From Octopus vulgaris (taxonomy: Eukaryota), in assembly GCA_951406725.2 (NCBI GenBank), contig OX597833.1:55738001-55802000 (forward strand): a stretch of DNA of 64,000 bases. The letters run 5' to 3'. A program made the translations under genes and the position numbers. The notes under the pieces were generated by a model, which saw only the letters and a list, made by a program, of their open reading frames with translations, was not told where the DNA came from and did not search any database. Within the stretch, counting starts at the first letter, position 1; each line of letters starts with the position of its first letter. Positions 12,786 to 26,156 of the stretch are shown here, in pieces.

Positions 12786-13406
12786 GTGTGTTTGTGTTTG
12801 TGTTTGGTTTCTCACAAACCGCTTGACAACCGATGTTGGGTTGTTTACGCCCCTGTAACCTAGTGGTTCGGCAAAAAGAATAGCGATAGAATAAGTAACA
12901 GACTTAAAAACACAAATAAAAACTTAATAAATACTGAGGCTGTAATCCAATGAGTGAAACAAGTAAAAGATAATTTTTTTAATAATTCTGCTAAGGGATC
13001 CCAAGCTAAATAACTTGAGAAACTGAATCTATCACATACCAACCTTGCAGAACCTGTCACCATCTAGGCACCTCTCAAAAGTTACCATAGCACAGACACA
13101 TGCAACGAGAAACAGATTTCGTATGCTACCCACCGATATTCAAGCAAGATAGATTATATTCTGTTCACAATGGGTTAAATACCTTTAGTGACACACAAGT
13201 TGTAAATAGCAACGAACACTAATAATAAATTTATTTGCCACGCCCGAATCTCATGCTATGTTTAAAAATTTTTTTTTTAAATCATCTCTCTACTTATTAA
13301 GATTAAAGTCTTCTAAATTTGTTGTTCTGACTTTTGGCTTGTGTGCTTGTAAAATTGGTCAGCCTGACAATTGTCACGTTGTTCTCTGAGACAAAGTCAT
13401 TAACGC

Positions 13407-13976
13407 AATATATCCCGCCTAATCTAGATTGCTGCGAATTTGATACTTATTCGAAGTAAATTTGGAGGAAGGTTACTTCAGGTCACAAAATACTTCATTG
13501 TAGATGTCCACCGCCCATTTGACCGAAAATATTTGAGGTTCAAAATCAAACTTACGCACCAAACATTTATTTTTCAAAAACGAATACATTGTCGAAATCG
13601 CCATTAAATTCTTCGAAATGGTATTGCCAAAATTTGTTGCTGTTGTTCTCTATACCTAGGTCAGCCCTAATCGAGCATACCCGATGATGAAATATATCCC
13701 GCCTAATCTAGATTGCTGCAAATTTGATACTTATTCGAAGTAAATTTGAAGGAAGGTTACTTCAGGTCACAAAATACTTCATTGTAGATGTCCACCGCCC
13801 ATTTGACCGAAAATATTTGAGGTTCAAAATCAAACTTACGCACCAAACATTTATTTTTTCAAAAAACCAACACATTGTCGAAATCGCCATTAAATTCTTC
13901 GAAATGGTATTGCCAAAATTTGCTGGTGTTGTTCTTTATACCTAGGTCAGCCCTAATCGAGCATACCCGATGACGA
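13407..13976. repeat. Tandem duplication, 2 x ~284 bp
   Basis: Units start aatatatcccgcctaatctag at 13407 and 13691, with few substitutions. Confidence 0.9.
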
Positions 13977-14030
13977 AAGGCATTCCAGCAGCGCCTAATC
14001 CAATTTCTCCTTCTATCTCCCTCTGTCTGT

Positions 14031-14090
<60 letters not shown>

Positions 14091-14524
14091 GGTAGGATTT
14101 CATTTTCTAAAGTGTTCCTCCCACGTTTAAGACGGCATGATTCGAGGCGGATTTGGTTGATATGAATGGCTGTCCATCAGTCGATATGTATGTATGTATG
14201 TATGTATGCATGTATGTATGTATGTATGTATGTATGTATGTATGTATGTATGTATATATGTATGTGTGTATGTATGTAGAATACTTTATTGTGGAGCTCC
14301 ACCGCTCATCTGATCACGAATAGTCGCTGGTACGAAACCACGTGCTAGGCTTTTATTTTTCAAACCGAAGAACTCATGCATGCATACATACATACATACA
14401 TACATCATATACATCTCTCTCTCTCCCTCCCTCTCTCTATAGATATATCTCCCTCCTCCTCCCTCTCTCCCTCTCTCCCTCTCTCTCTATATATATATAT
14501 GTGTGTGTGTATATCTTTCTCTCC

Positions 14525-14611
<87 letters not shown>

Positions 14612-15385
14612 TACATATGTGTGTGTACGTGTGTGTGTATGAGTGTGTGCGTGTGTACATACATAAGTGTTCGATTGTTGATAGGTTCCGCAGTATAAGG
14701 TACTCAATTTGTTTAATAGAAATTAATATTTTGCATAAAATATCTTATTTGTAAGAAATTATTTTAAGTTTCATGATGAACTTGTTGAACTTGTTGGCAG
14801 AGCACTGACGAGCTTTTCTCCCATTTGAATTCCCGCCAGTGTTCCCCTATCCGTCTCCTACGCTACGTGACGTCTCTGCTGTGTAAGTTGTCTTGTCTCT
14901 GCACCGTCCCTCTGTACACCGTATGTTATAGACAAGATTCTTAATCTTACAATTAACCTGTGGACTCATCCTACACACTATACAGTTGTTCTCCTTACAT
15001 GGGGACCTTTCGAATGGATATGTTCTACAGATCAGGAATTTTATGGGGGGTCCCTGGCACAAACCACATATACAAAACACATAGACAAACGTATGCACAC
15101 GCAAGCACACACACACACACACACACAAACAAACACACATACAGGGATACAAATGGAAACGCATGCGCAGATAAGGATACACACCGTAAAAAGACAGAAT
15201 GGACTAAATAGAACAGGAGGAGACACATGAGATAGAGAGTCGCTGAAGGGATCACAGGATGTGTGCCGAAGGATTTCCTAACAATCGACATAAAATAAGA
15301 ACAACAATAAATAAGTGAAGAAGGAATGTATAGTGTGTGTCTATTCGGCAAGAAAAAGTATGACCGTCCCGAAATATAACACACA

Positions 15386-15439
<54 letters not shown>

Positions 15440-15894
15440 TTACTTGAAAATTAATGTGTGGCGTTCAATCAAATAATAATGTAAATAATATATATACACA
15501 CACGCATGCATATATGGGTACATGGCGCTACCAACAGTAAACATTATGAAATACAAAAGCAAATAAGTTCAATACGCAAGCAACGAGAGAAAGAAATGGA
15601 AAACAGGACAAGTAACACAGAGAACGACCCTACCCTTCATCAGTTGTCGGCTGTCTATCTACTCTCCATTTCGAGCAATGAACGAGCCTTCGACGACAGT
15701 TGCTCCCGTAAATACCAAAATAAAATTTGGGCTTCATGGAGGGTCAAAGTTGGGAACAAAAACAGGACAGCGGAGACATACAAGGCAACCGAACGAAACC
15801 AAACATGGTGGGTCGTTAGACTAGAACGAGGGTAAAATAGCGAACGCTGGAGAAATATTTCACAGCATGGTCGCAGTCATATGACTGAAACAAA

Positions 15895-16290
15895 TCTTTA
15901 TATATAAAAGTAAGGTTGTGTGTCTGTCTACTCCGATTTAAATTTCCTAACTACTCCCACATTTTGCGGTGCAGTTTAACCAAAACTGGGTATCTTATAG
16001 TCGTGATTCATATCGAGCCCTTCTGGGTATTAGCGCGCGTCTACGATGAGTCTACGATTTTTGAAATAATTTACCATCATTTTTTTTCCATTTTAATGCA
16101 TATTTTTTAAAATATAAGGGAAGTAACTCTCTAAAAATGTCTACGATGAGTCAACGATTTAAAAAAAAATTTACCATAATTTTTTTTCCATTTTTAATGC
16201 ATTTTTTGCTATTTTTTGGCTATAACTCTCTAAAAATGCTTTATAGTCATTTCCCTTACAAACCCGAGCAACGCCGGGCGATACTGCTAG
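15895..16290 (+). mobile_element. Non-autonomous Helitron
   Basis: 5' TC(tttatatataaa), 3' hairpin cccgagcaacgccggg then CTAG. Inserted between A and T with no TSD, inside a SINE B tail (gaaacaaa|...|taaaagaat). Confidence 0.85.
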
Positions 16291-16718
16291 TAAAAGAATA
16301 AAAGAATAAAAGAAAATAAGGTGATGCATTCAGACATCATATCTTAATCTCGTTGTGAGACCAAGATAAGACATATCTTGGCAGTAGTAGCTAAAGTAAG
16401 ATCTGTCTGAGATTTGTTTGATGTTCCTGCTGACATCGCGGCTTCTCGAATCTGAGATCTATCATGACACATCAGTCTCTGAGATTACCAACCGTTTATC
16501 TACTCCTTCTTACTGCTACCGACGTTGGGTTAGTTAACCAACGCCATTGTTGGTTAACGTTATTGTGATGGTGGTGGAGGGTAAGGTTATAGAAATGATG
16601 GCGAGGAATAGTGATTACTGATTGGTGGTGGCGGTGGCAGTGATGATGGTGATGGTGATGGTGATGGTAGTTGGTTGCTTGGTTGCTTGGTGGTTATGTG
16701 TTGTTGTTGTTGTTATTA

Positions 16719-16785
<67 letters not shown>

Positions 16786-16786
<1 letters not shown>

Positions 16787-17341
16787 GAGTGAGAGGGCAG
16801 TTCATGCCATCAAAGTGACACTGGGGTAAAATATACGAAGCCCAATATACCCATCATGACTACCCGTCTGATAAGGGTACACTAGGCACATGCATCACAA
16901 CCATATGTGCGCGACATGGTGATCTCATATCAAGATAAACAGCACATGACCTTGCAGGTGGGGCCCAGTTAGACTTTTCTTTAGGTTGAGTAGCCCATCC
17001 CGCTCAAAAGGTCCCTGGATAAGGATTGTTTAAGGATGTTGAAAGAACCACCCATGTTTCCAGAGGTGAATTATTCAAACCCCAAAGAATCCCTCTCAAC
17101 ACATGGCTATGATGCTCCCCCACTACTTCTGCTCGTGATCAGAGATGCACATATCGTCAGCCACTAAGGGACATGCTCAACTGGTTAAGGTCAAACAACT
17201 GACAAGCAAATCTGTGGTATTGAGCGGAATATTTGCTGTAGCCCATCTTTTATACCAAGACAAAACAATGTACATGATAACACTTCCAATCAGTTAAGAT
17301 CAGAAGCCATGAGAGCCACTGCCTGGTACTGCATCAGGGCA

Positions 17342-17342
<1 letters not shown>
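16786..17342 (-). mobile_element. Family C retroposon, apparently full length, within (TTA)n
   Basis: (tta)n on both sides. Same ends as the 44041-44585 copy. Confidence 0.85.
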
Positions 17343-17397
<55 letters not shown>

Positions 17398-17404
<7 letters not shown>

Positions 17405-17483
17405 TCACTGCCTGGAATCGAACTCGCTCGGGCATATGGCATAGTGGTTAAGAGCGCGGGCTACTAACACCAAGATTCCGAGC
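17398..17483. mobile_element. Collapsed copy of the 12-kb palindromic tRNA-headed element
   Basis: Left-arm piece caggtcactgcctggaatcgaa fused to right-arm piece cgggcatatggcatagtggttaagagcgcgggctactaac. Confidence 0.75.
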
Positions 17484-17576
17484 TCAATAAACACACACAA
17501 CGCCCGATCTGGGAATCGAAACCGCGATCCTCCGACCGCGAGTCCGCTGCCCTAACCACTGGGCCATTGCGCCTCC
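17484..17576 (-). mobile_element. SINE family D head
   Basis: Reverse complement reads ggaggcgcaatggcccagtggttagggcagcggactcgcggtcggaggatcgcggtttcgattccc (A and B boxes). Confidence 0.85.
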
Positions 17577-17899
17577 CGACGTTGGGTTAGTTAACCAACG
17601 CCATTGTTGGTTAACGTTATTGTGATGGTGGTGGTGGCGGTTTAAGTTATAGAAATGATGGCGAGGGTGGTGATTACTGATTGGTGGTGGTGGTGGTTGC
17701 AGTGATGATGGTGCTGGTGATGGTGATGGTAGTTGGTCGCTTGGTTGCTTGGTGGTTATGTGTTGTTGCTTGCTGTTGCTTCTGGTTGCAGCTGACGACG
17801 ACGACGACATCTTTGTTTTTCTCGTTAACGTATTTGTTGATAAGAGTTTGTTATTGCAAAATGGATTGAACGGAATGTTAAACTGCTCCTCTGAACTAG

Positions 17900-18125
17900 C
17901 TACAATCGCTTCTCTCTCTCATATCTTCTCTGCTTAGACCCACCGGTCTTTCCTCTTCCTATTACCAATTACTGTGTTTCTCATACCAGACCATCCACTA
18001 AACATACCGTTCAGTCTTTCTTCCTTGAACACCTTACTGTCTAGAATTCCCATCACCGCCCTCGCTTTTCCTACAGACACTTATCTAATGATGTTTTAAC
18101 TGAACATCAACCGTATCAGTCTTCC
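17900..18125 (+). mobile_element. Ancient Jockey/CR1-group LINE 3' remnant
   Basis: Frameshifted translation resembles RTxxYxQSFFPRTxxLWNSLP...FKxNINR. Confidence 0.4.
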
Positions 18126-18252
18126 CAGACCGGGGAAAGCCTGCTGAAGACACAAATATTACCCCTTCTTATCCTCTTCATATCATATATAAAGATTATA
18201 AATATAAAAAAAGTCTTTATCTTCTGGCTATTTATCTACACTAAATTTGATA

Positions 18253-18484
18253 TACTCTTTTACTTTTTTTACTCTTTTACTTGCTTCAGTCATTTGACTG
18301 CGGCCATGCTGGAGTACCGCCTTTAATCGAGCAACTCGACCCCGGGACTTATTCTTTGTAAGCCCAGTACTTATTCTATCGGTCTCTTTTGCCGAACCGC
18401 TAAGTGACGGGGACATAAACACACCAGCATCGGTTGTCAAGCAATGCTAGAGGGACAAACACAGACACACAAACATATACATAC

Positions 18485-18525
<41 letters not shown>

Positions 18526-18687
18526 TACGACAGGCTTCTTTCAGTTTCCGTCTACCAAATCCACTCACAAGGCATTGGTCGGCCCGGGGCTATAGCAGAA
18601 GACACTTGCCCAAGATGCCACGCAGTGGGACTGAACCCGGAACCATGTGGTTGGTTAGCAAGCTACTTACCACACAGCCACTCCTGC
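18253..18687 (-). mobile_element. SINE B with a ~58-bp flanking duplication
   Basis: Direct repeats at 18195-18252 and 18692-18748. Confidence 0.9.
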
Positions 18688-19020
18688 AAAAATTATAAAT
18701 ATAAAAAAGTCTTTATCTTCTGGCTATTTATCTACACTAAATTTGATAAATATGCACACACGTACACACACAAACATACACATCGCGCGCACACACTTTA
18801 TGTATGTTTGTGTGGATAGAGTGTTCTTTGTGGCATATAGATTCTTATTTATTAATAAAAGAAAACAGTCAGAAGTTGCTGAAATGTGCTGTTTAACCTT
18901 TATGATTCTTCAATTCCGAATCTTTGAGAAATTCTGTGAAAAACGCTAAAAAGTGTAAAAACAACATAAGTGAGAAACAGATATTTCAACAACTTCTATG
19001 TATTAGACTATGTTTTGTTT

Positions 19021-19143
19021 TACTCTTTTACTCTTTTACTTGTTTCAGTTATTTGACTGTGGCCATGATGGAGCATCGGTTGTCAAGCGATGTTGGGAGG
19101 GGACAAACACAGACCCACAAACCTATACACACATGCATATATT

Positions 19144-19225
<82 letters not shown>

Positions 19226-19624
19226 GGAGTAAACACATAAATGTGAAACAAGGTGGAAAAAAGAGTACTCAAATACCAGTGGTAGAGTAATATGCTTTAT
19301 TTAAAGCAGCAGAAAATTCAACAAAACCTGCTACTCTGAGTTTCCCGTTGCAGTTCTAGCAAAAACTGTCCGATGAACGGCAACAGGAAACTCAGAGTAA
19401 CAGGTTTTGTTGAATTTTCTGCTGCTTTAAATAAAGTATATGTATATATATACATATATACGATGGGTTTCTTTCAGTTTCCGTCTACCAAATCCACTCA
19501 TAAGGCTTTGGTCGACCCGAGGCTATAGTAGAAGACACTTGCCCAAGGTGTCACGCAGTTTGACTGAACCCGGAACCATGTGGTTGGTAAGCAAGCTACT
19601 TACTTATATACTTACTCCTACGCC
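19021..19624 (-). mobile_element. SINE B whose internal (TA)n hosts a foldback insertion
   Basis: Tail at 19021-19140, head at 19460-19624. Confidence 0.85.
19224..19441. mobile_element. Penelope-like foldback with hammerhead motif (19366-19403, plus)
   Basis: Arms 19290-19351 and 19380-19441. Motif cugu-CCGAUGA-acg-gcaa-cag-GAAA-cuc-a-gagU-A-acag, with U4C and a damaged stem II. Confidence 0.65.
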
Positions 19625-20035
19625 TATATATATATATATATACTTAGGTTCTCAAATAATTTTTGCAGTGCCCATAGATTTAATATTTTATTAGTTTCAG
19701 ATGTACCGTTTGAATTTTGTGGAACCATAGTCTCTAAACAAATATGTTAAATACGATTTTTCGCTCAATAATTATCTATGTGTTAAGTCCCCTTGGGAGT
19801 GTGGACTCTTTGATCTTTGAATCAAGTGTGTGTGTATATATATGTATATACATATATTTATATATACTGATACGCATACACACACACGCACGCACACATA
19901 TATTCTTTTACTCTTCCTTTCATTTTTTTTTACTTGTTTCGGCCATTTGACTGCGGCCATGCTGGAGCAAATATATATATATATAGAAAAACAAAAGGGA
20001 AAGACAGGTGTATAAACAACAAGCTGGGGTATTAG

Positions 20036-20087
<52 letters not shown>

Positions 20088-20097
20088 TTCTTTCTTT

Positions 20098-20505
20098 CTT
20101 TTCTTTTACTTGTTTCAGTCATTTGACTGCGGCCATGCTGGAGCACCGCCTTTTAGTCGAGCAAATCGACCCCGGGACTTATTCTTTGTAAGCCCAGTAC
20201 TTATTCTATCGGTCTCTTTTGCCGAACCGCTAAGTGACGGGGACGTAAACACACCAGCATCGGTTGTCAAGCAATGCTAGGGGGACAAACACACAAACAC
20301 ACACACATACACACACATATATATATATATATACATATATACGGCAGGCTTCTTTCAGTTTCCGTCTACCAAATCCACTCACAAGGCATTGGTCGGCCCG
20401 GGGCTATAGCAGAAGACACTTGCCCAAGATACCACGCAGTGGGACTGAACCCGGAGCCATGTGGTTGGTTAGCAAGCTACTTACCACACAGCCACTCCTG
20501 CGCCT
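20098..20505 (-). mobile_element. SINE B, full length
   Basis: Matches the family consensus. Confidence 0.9.
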
Positions 20506-20740
20506 GTATATATATACATATATATATATATATAAATATCTCTAGTCGTCATTACGGCATTCCAGAAGCCTAAACGAGTCGGTTCGGCGTTCCAAAAGCC
20601 TGAATGAGTTGGGTTCCCGTTAGGGGCCTGTGAAACTTGAGGCAGCAAGGAACCGAACCAAACTGTCATAAATAATATAACTTCTAGTAAATGTACTGAG
20701 TGCCCTTTTCTTTCGTCTGTCCACTCGTATAGCAATCTCT

Positions 20741-20780
<40 letters not shown>

Positions 20781-21204
20781 TCTCTCTCTCGGTTTCTGTT
20801 TTTACATGTACATATGCATATACTTACATATGCAACACAAAACGAAACTACCTTTGACGAGGCCTTATTTAAAATAGCGTAGATATACGACCTTGATAAA
20901 ATAACCTGATACGATAAGTTTAAGTCTAAATATATCTAAGAGTATAAGACGTCTTCAATTAAGATTTAATGCAATAATTTGTTGCTTTCTTTTTTTCCTT
21001 AGACGTCTTTAAGATGAAAAAGCGTGCTAAGTGCCAAGCAGGATATTAGTATAACTTCCTGTCTGTTCGTGTGTCTAATAGACAAAGTTGGGCATTCAAA
21101 TTAAAATACACAAAGTGAGGTTTAATATTTGTTTAATTAATTAGTTAATTATTAACGCACTACTATAGAACATTTTATAATATCATATTCCGACTAATAG
21201 ATAG

Positions 21205-21353
<149 letters not shown>

Positions 21354-21522
21354 CAGAGAGACGAGGGGACGGTCGGACGGACGGACGGACGGAGGACGGA
21401 GGACAGATGGACGGACGGGAGGCGGACGGGAGGCGGACGGACGGACGGACGGGCAGATGGACGGCAGACAGATAGAGAGATAGATGGATGGGGAGGGGAA
21501 GAGAGGAGGAGAGAAAGACACA

Positions 21523-22414
21523 CAGGTGTTCGGGCTAAATTGATGTATATTTATACCCCCTTTTTCCAGGATTAGCTTGATGCATTGGAGAACAGCCAAC
21601 GGCGTTGGAGAGCATAAAAATTAAAATCGTAGTTGAGAAAGAGTTAGCTGGCATGGAAGAGCGGAAGCCATCTGAATATTGGAAAAGAGTTACTTGTACC
21701 ATGGTGATTGGCGCCGGGTATCAAAATGTCAACATTCTGACGGCTGCTCAATGCTTTGTGAGCACTGTTAAGGATATAAGACGTGACATGGACAGCTGCA
21801 ACGGAAACTAGGAAACCATTGCCAACAGAAAGGAACACAGCGGGCATTCTGACTGCATCTGCACCTTAGAATTCACCCCCGCATCTTTGAACATGGCTTT
21901 AGGATCAATTCAAACAGCTGGTTGAAGCTGCTGAAGACTGGTCAATCCCTGGTTGCAGGGGGATTGCTGCTGGAAGGCCATATGTGTGGCCGCAGGATCT
22001 GGTTTCTTGCCATTCCCCCGAAAAGAGTCAAAAGCGGTTGTCGGAGAATTTCCACGACTTCATCAGCCTCCTAATATCCCCCGATTGTAATGCTATGGAT
22101 TTCTACGTGTGGGGCACGGTTGAGAAAAACACCAACCACACTGTCTGCAACACCAAGGCCGAGCTGGTGACCAAAGTCAAGGAAGCTTTTCGAAGATCTA
22201 CTGAGGGACACAGTGAGGAACTCACGCACCAGGTTCCGGAGTTGTCTTGAGGCCGTGGTGGAAGCTGAAGACGGTTACTTTAAGAAATCTGTTATCCTGA
22301 AACCATAATTTATTTTATATTTTTTGGTTGTTTTAAAATACATTTATTTTTGGACGGGATATTTTGTTTTCTTTTCTTGTTATGGAAACTGTCCAATTTA
22401 GTCCAAGTACCCTG
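21523..22414 (+). mobile_element. Internally deleted Tc1/mariner-superfamily transposon (DD37D/maT-like) with transposase pseudogene
   Basis: Imperfect TIRs caggtgttcgggctaaattg and caatttagtccaagtaccctg. ORF 21984-22250 reads WPQDLVSCH...SENFHDF...SPDCNAMDFYVWGTVE, matching QQDSAPxH...SPDLNPLDYxVWG. Confidence 0.8.
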
Positions 22415-22736
22415 CAGATAGTTCGAACACCCAGTAGGAAGCAAAGTTAGCGCTCGCTTATTTAAGATGAGCATGGCAATTATTACCGGAAAAATCCAAG
22501 TATTGCTAAGCTACCATGTTTAATACGCACTCCGAATCGAAGACCTGAATTGTCTTAAAATCTCAAACCATCTGAGATCAGATATGGCCGCGTTGTTAAA
22601 AGGTTCACTTCGTAAACACGTTGTTTGAGGTTCAGTCTCACGGCGTGGAAACTTAGATAAGAGTCTTCTAACATAGCCCCGAGTCGACCAATGCCTCGTC
22701 TGTGAATTTGGTTCACGTATAGTACGTGGAAGCCCG

Positions 22737-22791
<55 letters not shown>

Positions 22792-23196
22792 TTTGATGAG
22801 ACACAAGTGCGTATTATACATGGAGTTTAATGGTAATCATTCAACAAAAGTGTAATTAGTCAACAGTGAAAGAAATATGAGGAAGAATCTGTCAAATTTT
22901 CAAATTTTACATCGATTTGCTTATTTATTTTTAATACAGTTCAGCAGATTCTAACGTGAATATGCCAGTCGCTGTTGTGTGACTGACGGGACAGAATAAT
23001 GTCGATACTCCGGCTGTCGCAGAGCCCCTTACGCTAATAAATTGAGTATGTTACGAACACACATTCATCGTGAAGGAAAAATTCTCCTGCGACGAAACAC
23101 ACCAGCGAATAGTATATTCACTTTTAACTCCACCGGAACGTAGTATGAATAAATATGCTAGTTGTCGTTTTAATTCTTGCAGTTCACCATGCATAT

Positions 23197-23530
23197 TAAA
23201 AAAAAAAGACTCCGCCGGTTACGACGACGAGGGTCCCAGCTGATACGATCAACGGAACAGCTTGCTCGTGAAATTAACGTGCAAATGGCTGAGCATTCCA
23301 CAGACACGTGTACCCTTAACGTAGTTCTCGGGGATAATCAGCGTGACACAGAGAGTGACAAGGCTGACCCTTTGAAAATACAAGTACAACTCATTTTTGC
23401 CAGCTGAGTGGACTGGAGCAACGTGAAATAAAGTGTCTTGCTCAAGGACACAACGCGTCGCCGGGAATCGAACTCACAACCTTACGATCATGAGCCGAAT
23501 GCCCTAACCACTAAGCCACGCGCCCTCACT
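23197..23530 (-). mobile_element. CORE-SINE (family F), single copy
   Basis: Head ggcgcgtggcttagtggttagggc...gagttcgattcc, CORE tgtgtccttgagcaagacacttta, TSD accatgcatat (23186-23196 and 23531-23541). Confidence 0.9.
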
Positions 23531-24957
23531 ACCATGCATATAACGATTTATTATCAGACTTTAAGCCTCCATTATTCCAGCTAGCCTTATAACAGATAAA
23601 GCATATCAGGTACGAAAGTTGGTTAAGAAACTAGGATTTTGTTGGCTTCGTATAGGCCATATTCCTTTGAATTATATTCTATCATGAATAGGTTGTATTG
23701 AAACCTCTTTTTGGTTTTATGGAAAATTATTCACAAACCTTATGACATTGAAAGAATTTTTAGATCGTCTGACAAAATGTTTTACGGTATTTCGTTGTGT
23801 CATTCTACGTTCTGAGTAGAATTTTCACCGAGGTCAACTTTGCCTTTAATTTCTTCAGGGTCGATACAAATAAAGAACCAGTCATTTACCGGGGTTGAGA
23901 TAATCGACTAACACCTTCTGCATCAAAACTGTTGGCTTTGTAGCTAAAATGAGAAATAATTAGTGCAAACATTCCACTTTCAGAAAGGGTCGTTTTAAAA
24001 ATGGAATTTAAAACGCTACCAAGGCTAGAGGCACAATTTATTTTCAAGGATTCACCAACCACAAATAAGATCTTCCAATTCCTGAAGACCACGAAAAGAT
24101 TTAACAGAAACCTTTAACTGTTCTTTGTCTGTATTTCATCCTTCTTTTGTTTTGTTAGATTTTTTTTGTTTCTGTTCCCTATGTTATATCAGTAGTATTA
24201 TGTACTTTCTTATTCTGCCATGGTTTACCAGCCTTACGTAAATGGTTACATTAATTAGATAAATAATAAAGGAATGACTATATCCTTGTTGCTTAAATCA
24301 GCCCGTTAATTAAATGTCCGATAAGATGGACGTGTCCTACGTGTCTTACGCGTCCAAGAAACTTCAAGTCATGCGGAATTGAATCAAAACTGTTAAAAAT
24401 GTATATGTAACACCTTCCAAATTTGTTGACTGTTACATTTTTTTTTTCGTTTGTTCACTGATTCATGTATGTGTGTGTGTGTGTGTGTGCGTTTAGAGGG
24501 AGAAAAAGAGACACAGAGAGAGAGCAAGAAAGAGAATGGTAAACAAGATGCTTTCCAAATTTAACCAAGACAAAATTTCTAAAATTGGGAATGACAATTG
24601 GACTGAGGAAAACTAAAAACTGATTATCTAAAGATAACGTTATATCCCGAATCTCACAATCTACAATTTATTTCCATTATTTTTATTTTTATTTTTATTT
24701 TTCTTTCTCTTCTTCCTCCTCGTTCGTTCGTTCTTGCTTCTTTCCTTTTATTTAATTTTCTTTTCCTCTCTTCAGTTTCCAGTTTTATTTCCATCTCCTT
24801 TTTATCATACATAGACACACACTCATACATTCACAAACACACAAACAAAAACAAAAACCCACATGCTGCACTCTTGAAAATGTACTAATACATATTTATG
24901 GTTTTCTTCTTTCTTTTTTTCTTTTTCATTATCTCTCTTGCCACTCTCCTTGTCTTG

Positions 24958-25028
<71 letters not shown>

Positions 25029-25154
25029 CAGATATAGATATAGATATATAGATATATAGATATAGATATAGATATAGATATACATATACATATATATATA
25101 TATACAAATGCATATATGTATATATATAGATATAGATATATATATATATATGTT

Positions 25155-25238
<84 letters not shown>

Positions 25239-26022
25239 TGTATATATATATATATATTCGTACGTTTACTCGATTTCCTCTCACGCCCGCATTAAATCGC
25301 TTGTTCCCTCTCTGTTTCACCCTCTCCTCTTCACTTCCTCTGATTCTCTCTCTTTCTCTCTTTCTATCTCAGTCAATTTATCTTGCTGTCATACTCTCCG
25401 CCACACCTTCTTTGCCTTCCAATCTCAATGCTAACTTCTGTATGTCCATTCGTCTTCGCAAATACAAACATATCTACCTCTTCGTTTTTTTTCTTTTTTC
25501 CCATCTGTCTGTACCTTTAACCTTCTTTCCAGTTTTTCTTCTTCTGTGCTTTTCTCTTCGCTTTGGTATCCTCCCATCCTCGCTTCTCTTATCTTTGCTT
25601 AATCTCGGCATGTTTACTTAAAAATCTTTTAATAATTGAATTGAAGAAAGCAGACGATAATTCACTATGGTTGACACGTGATTCAGTTTTTATCTAAAAT
25701 ATATTTGCGTGTGTGCGCATACACACAAATGTACCTACATACCTTCGACTCATCACCACAACCATTCCACGCAAGTAGGTCAAGTTAAGCTTACCATTCC
25801 ACAAGATATTCCACCCAAATCAAGGCCGGCCGCTGCCAATGATGTGTAACAAACGAGAAGCAATAACGAGATCTTCTTCCAACAACAAGATAAATCTGAA
25901 GAATAAAGTATTATGGGAAATCATTTCTGATAAGCAGTTCCATATGTAACACTTCTTGTGTTCAAATAAACAGGTTTTCTAGTTTGTTTATCCATCCATC
26001 CCTCTATCTCTTTCTCTCTGTC

Positions 26023-26053
<31 letters not shown>

Positions 26054-26090
26054 TTCGCTGTAATTCTCTGCCTGTTTCTCTCCATTTCTG

Positions 26091-26156
<66 letters not shown>

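Noticed and set aside
15238-15285. gtcgctgaagggatcac...gccgaagg, hammerhead-like
   Set aside because: Both core segments deviate and the stems do not close.
21984-22250. Active transposase
   Set aside because: The element is under 900 bp with stops, frameshifts and a large internal deletion.
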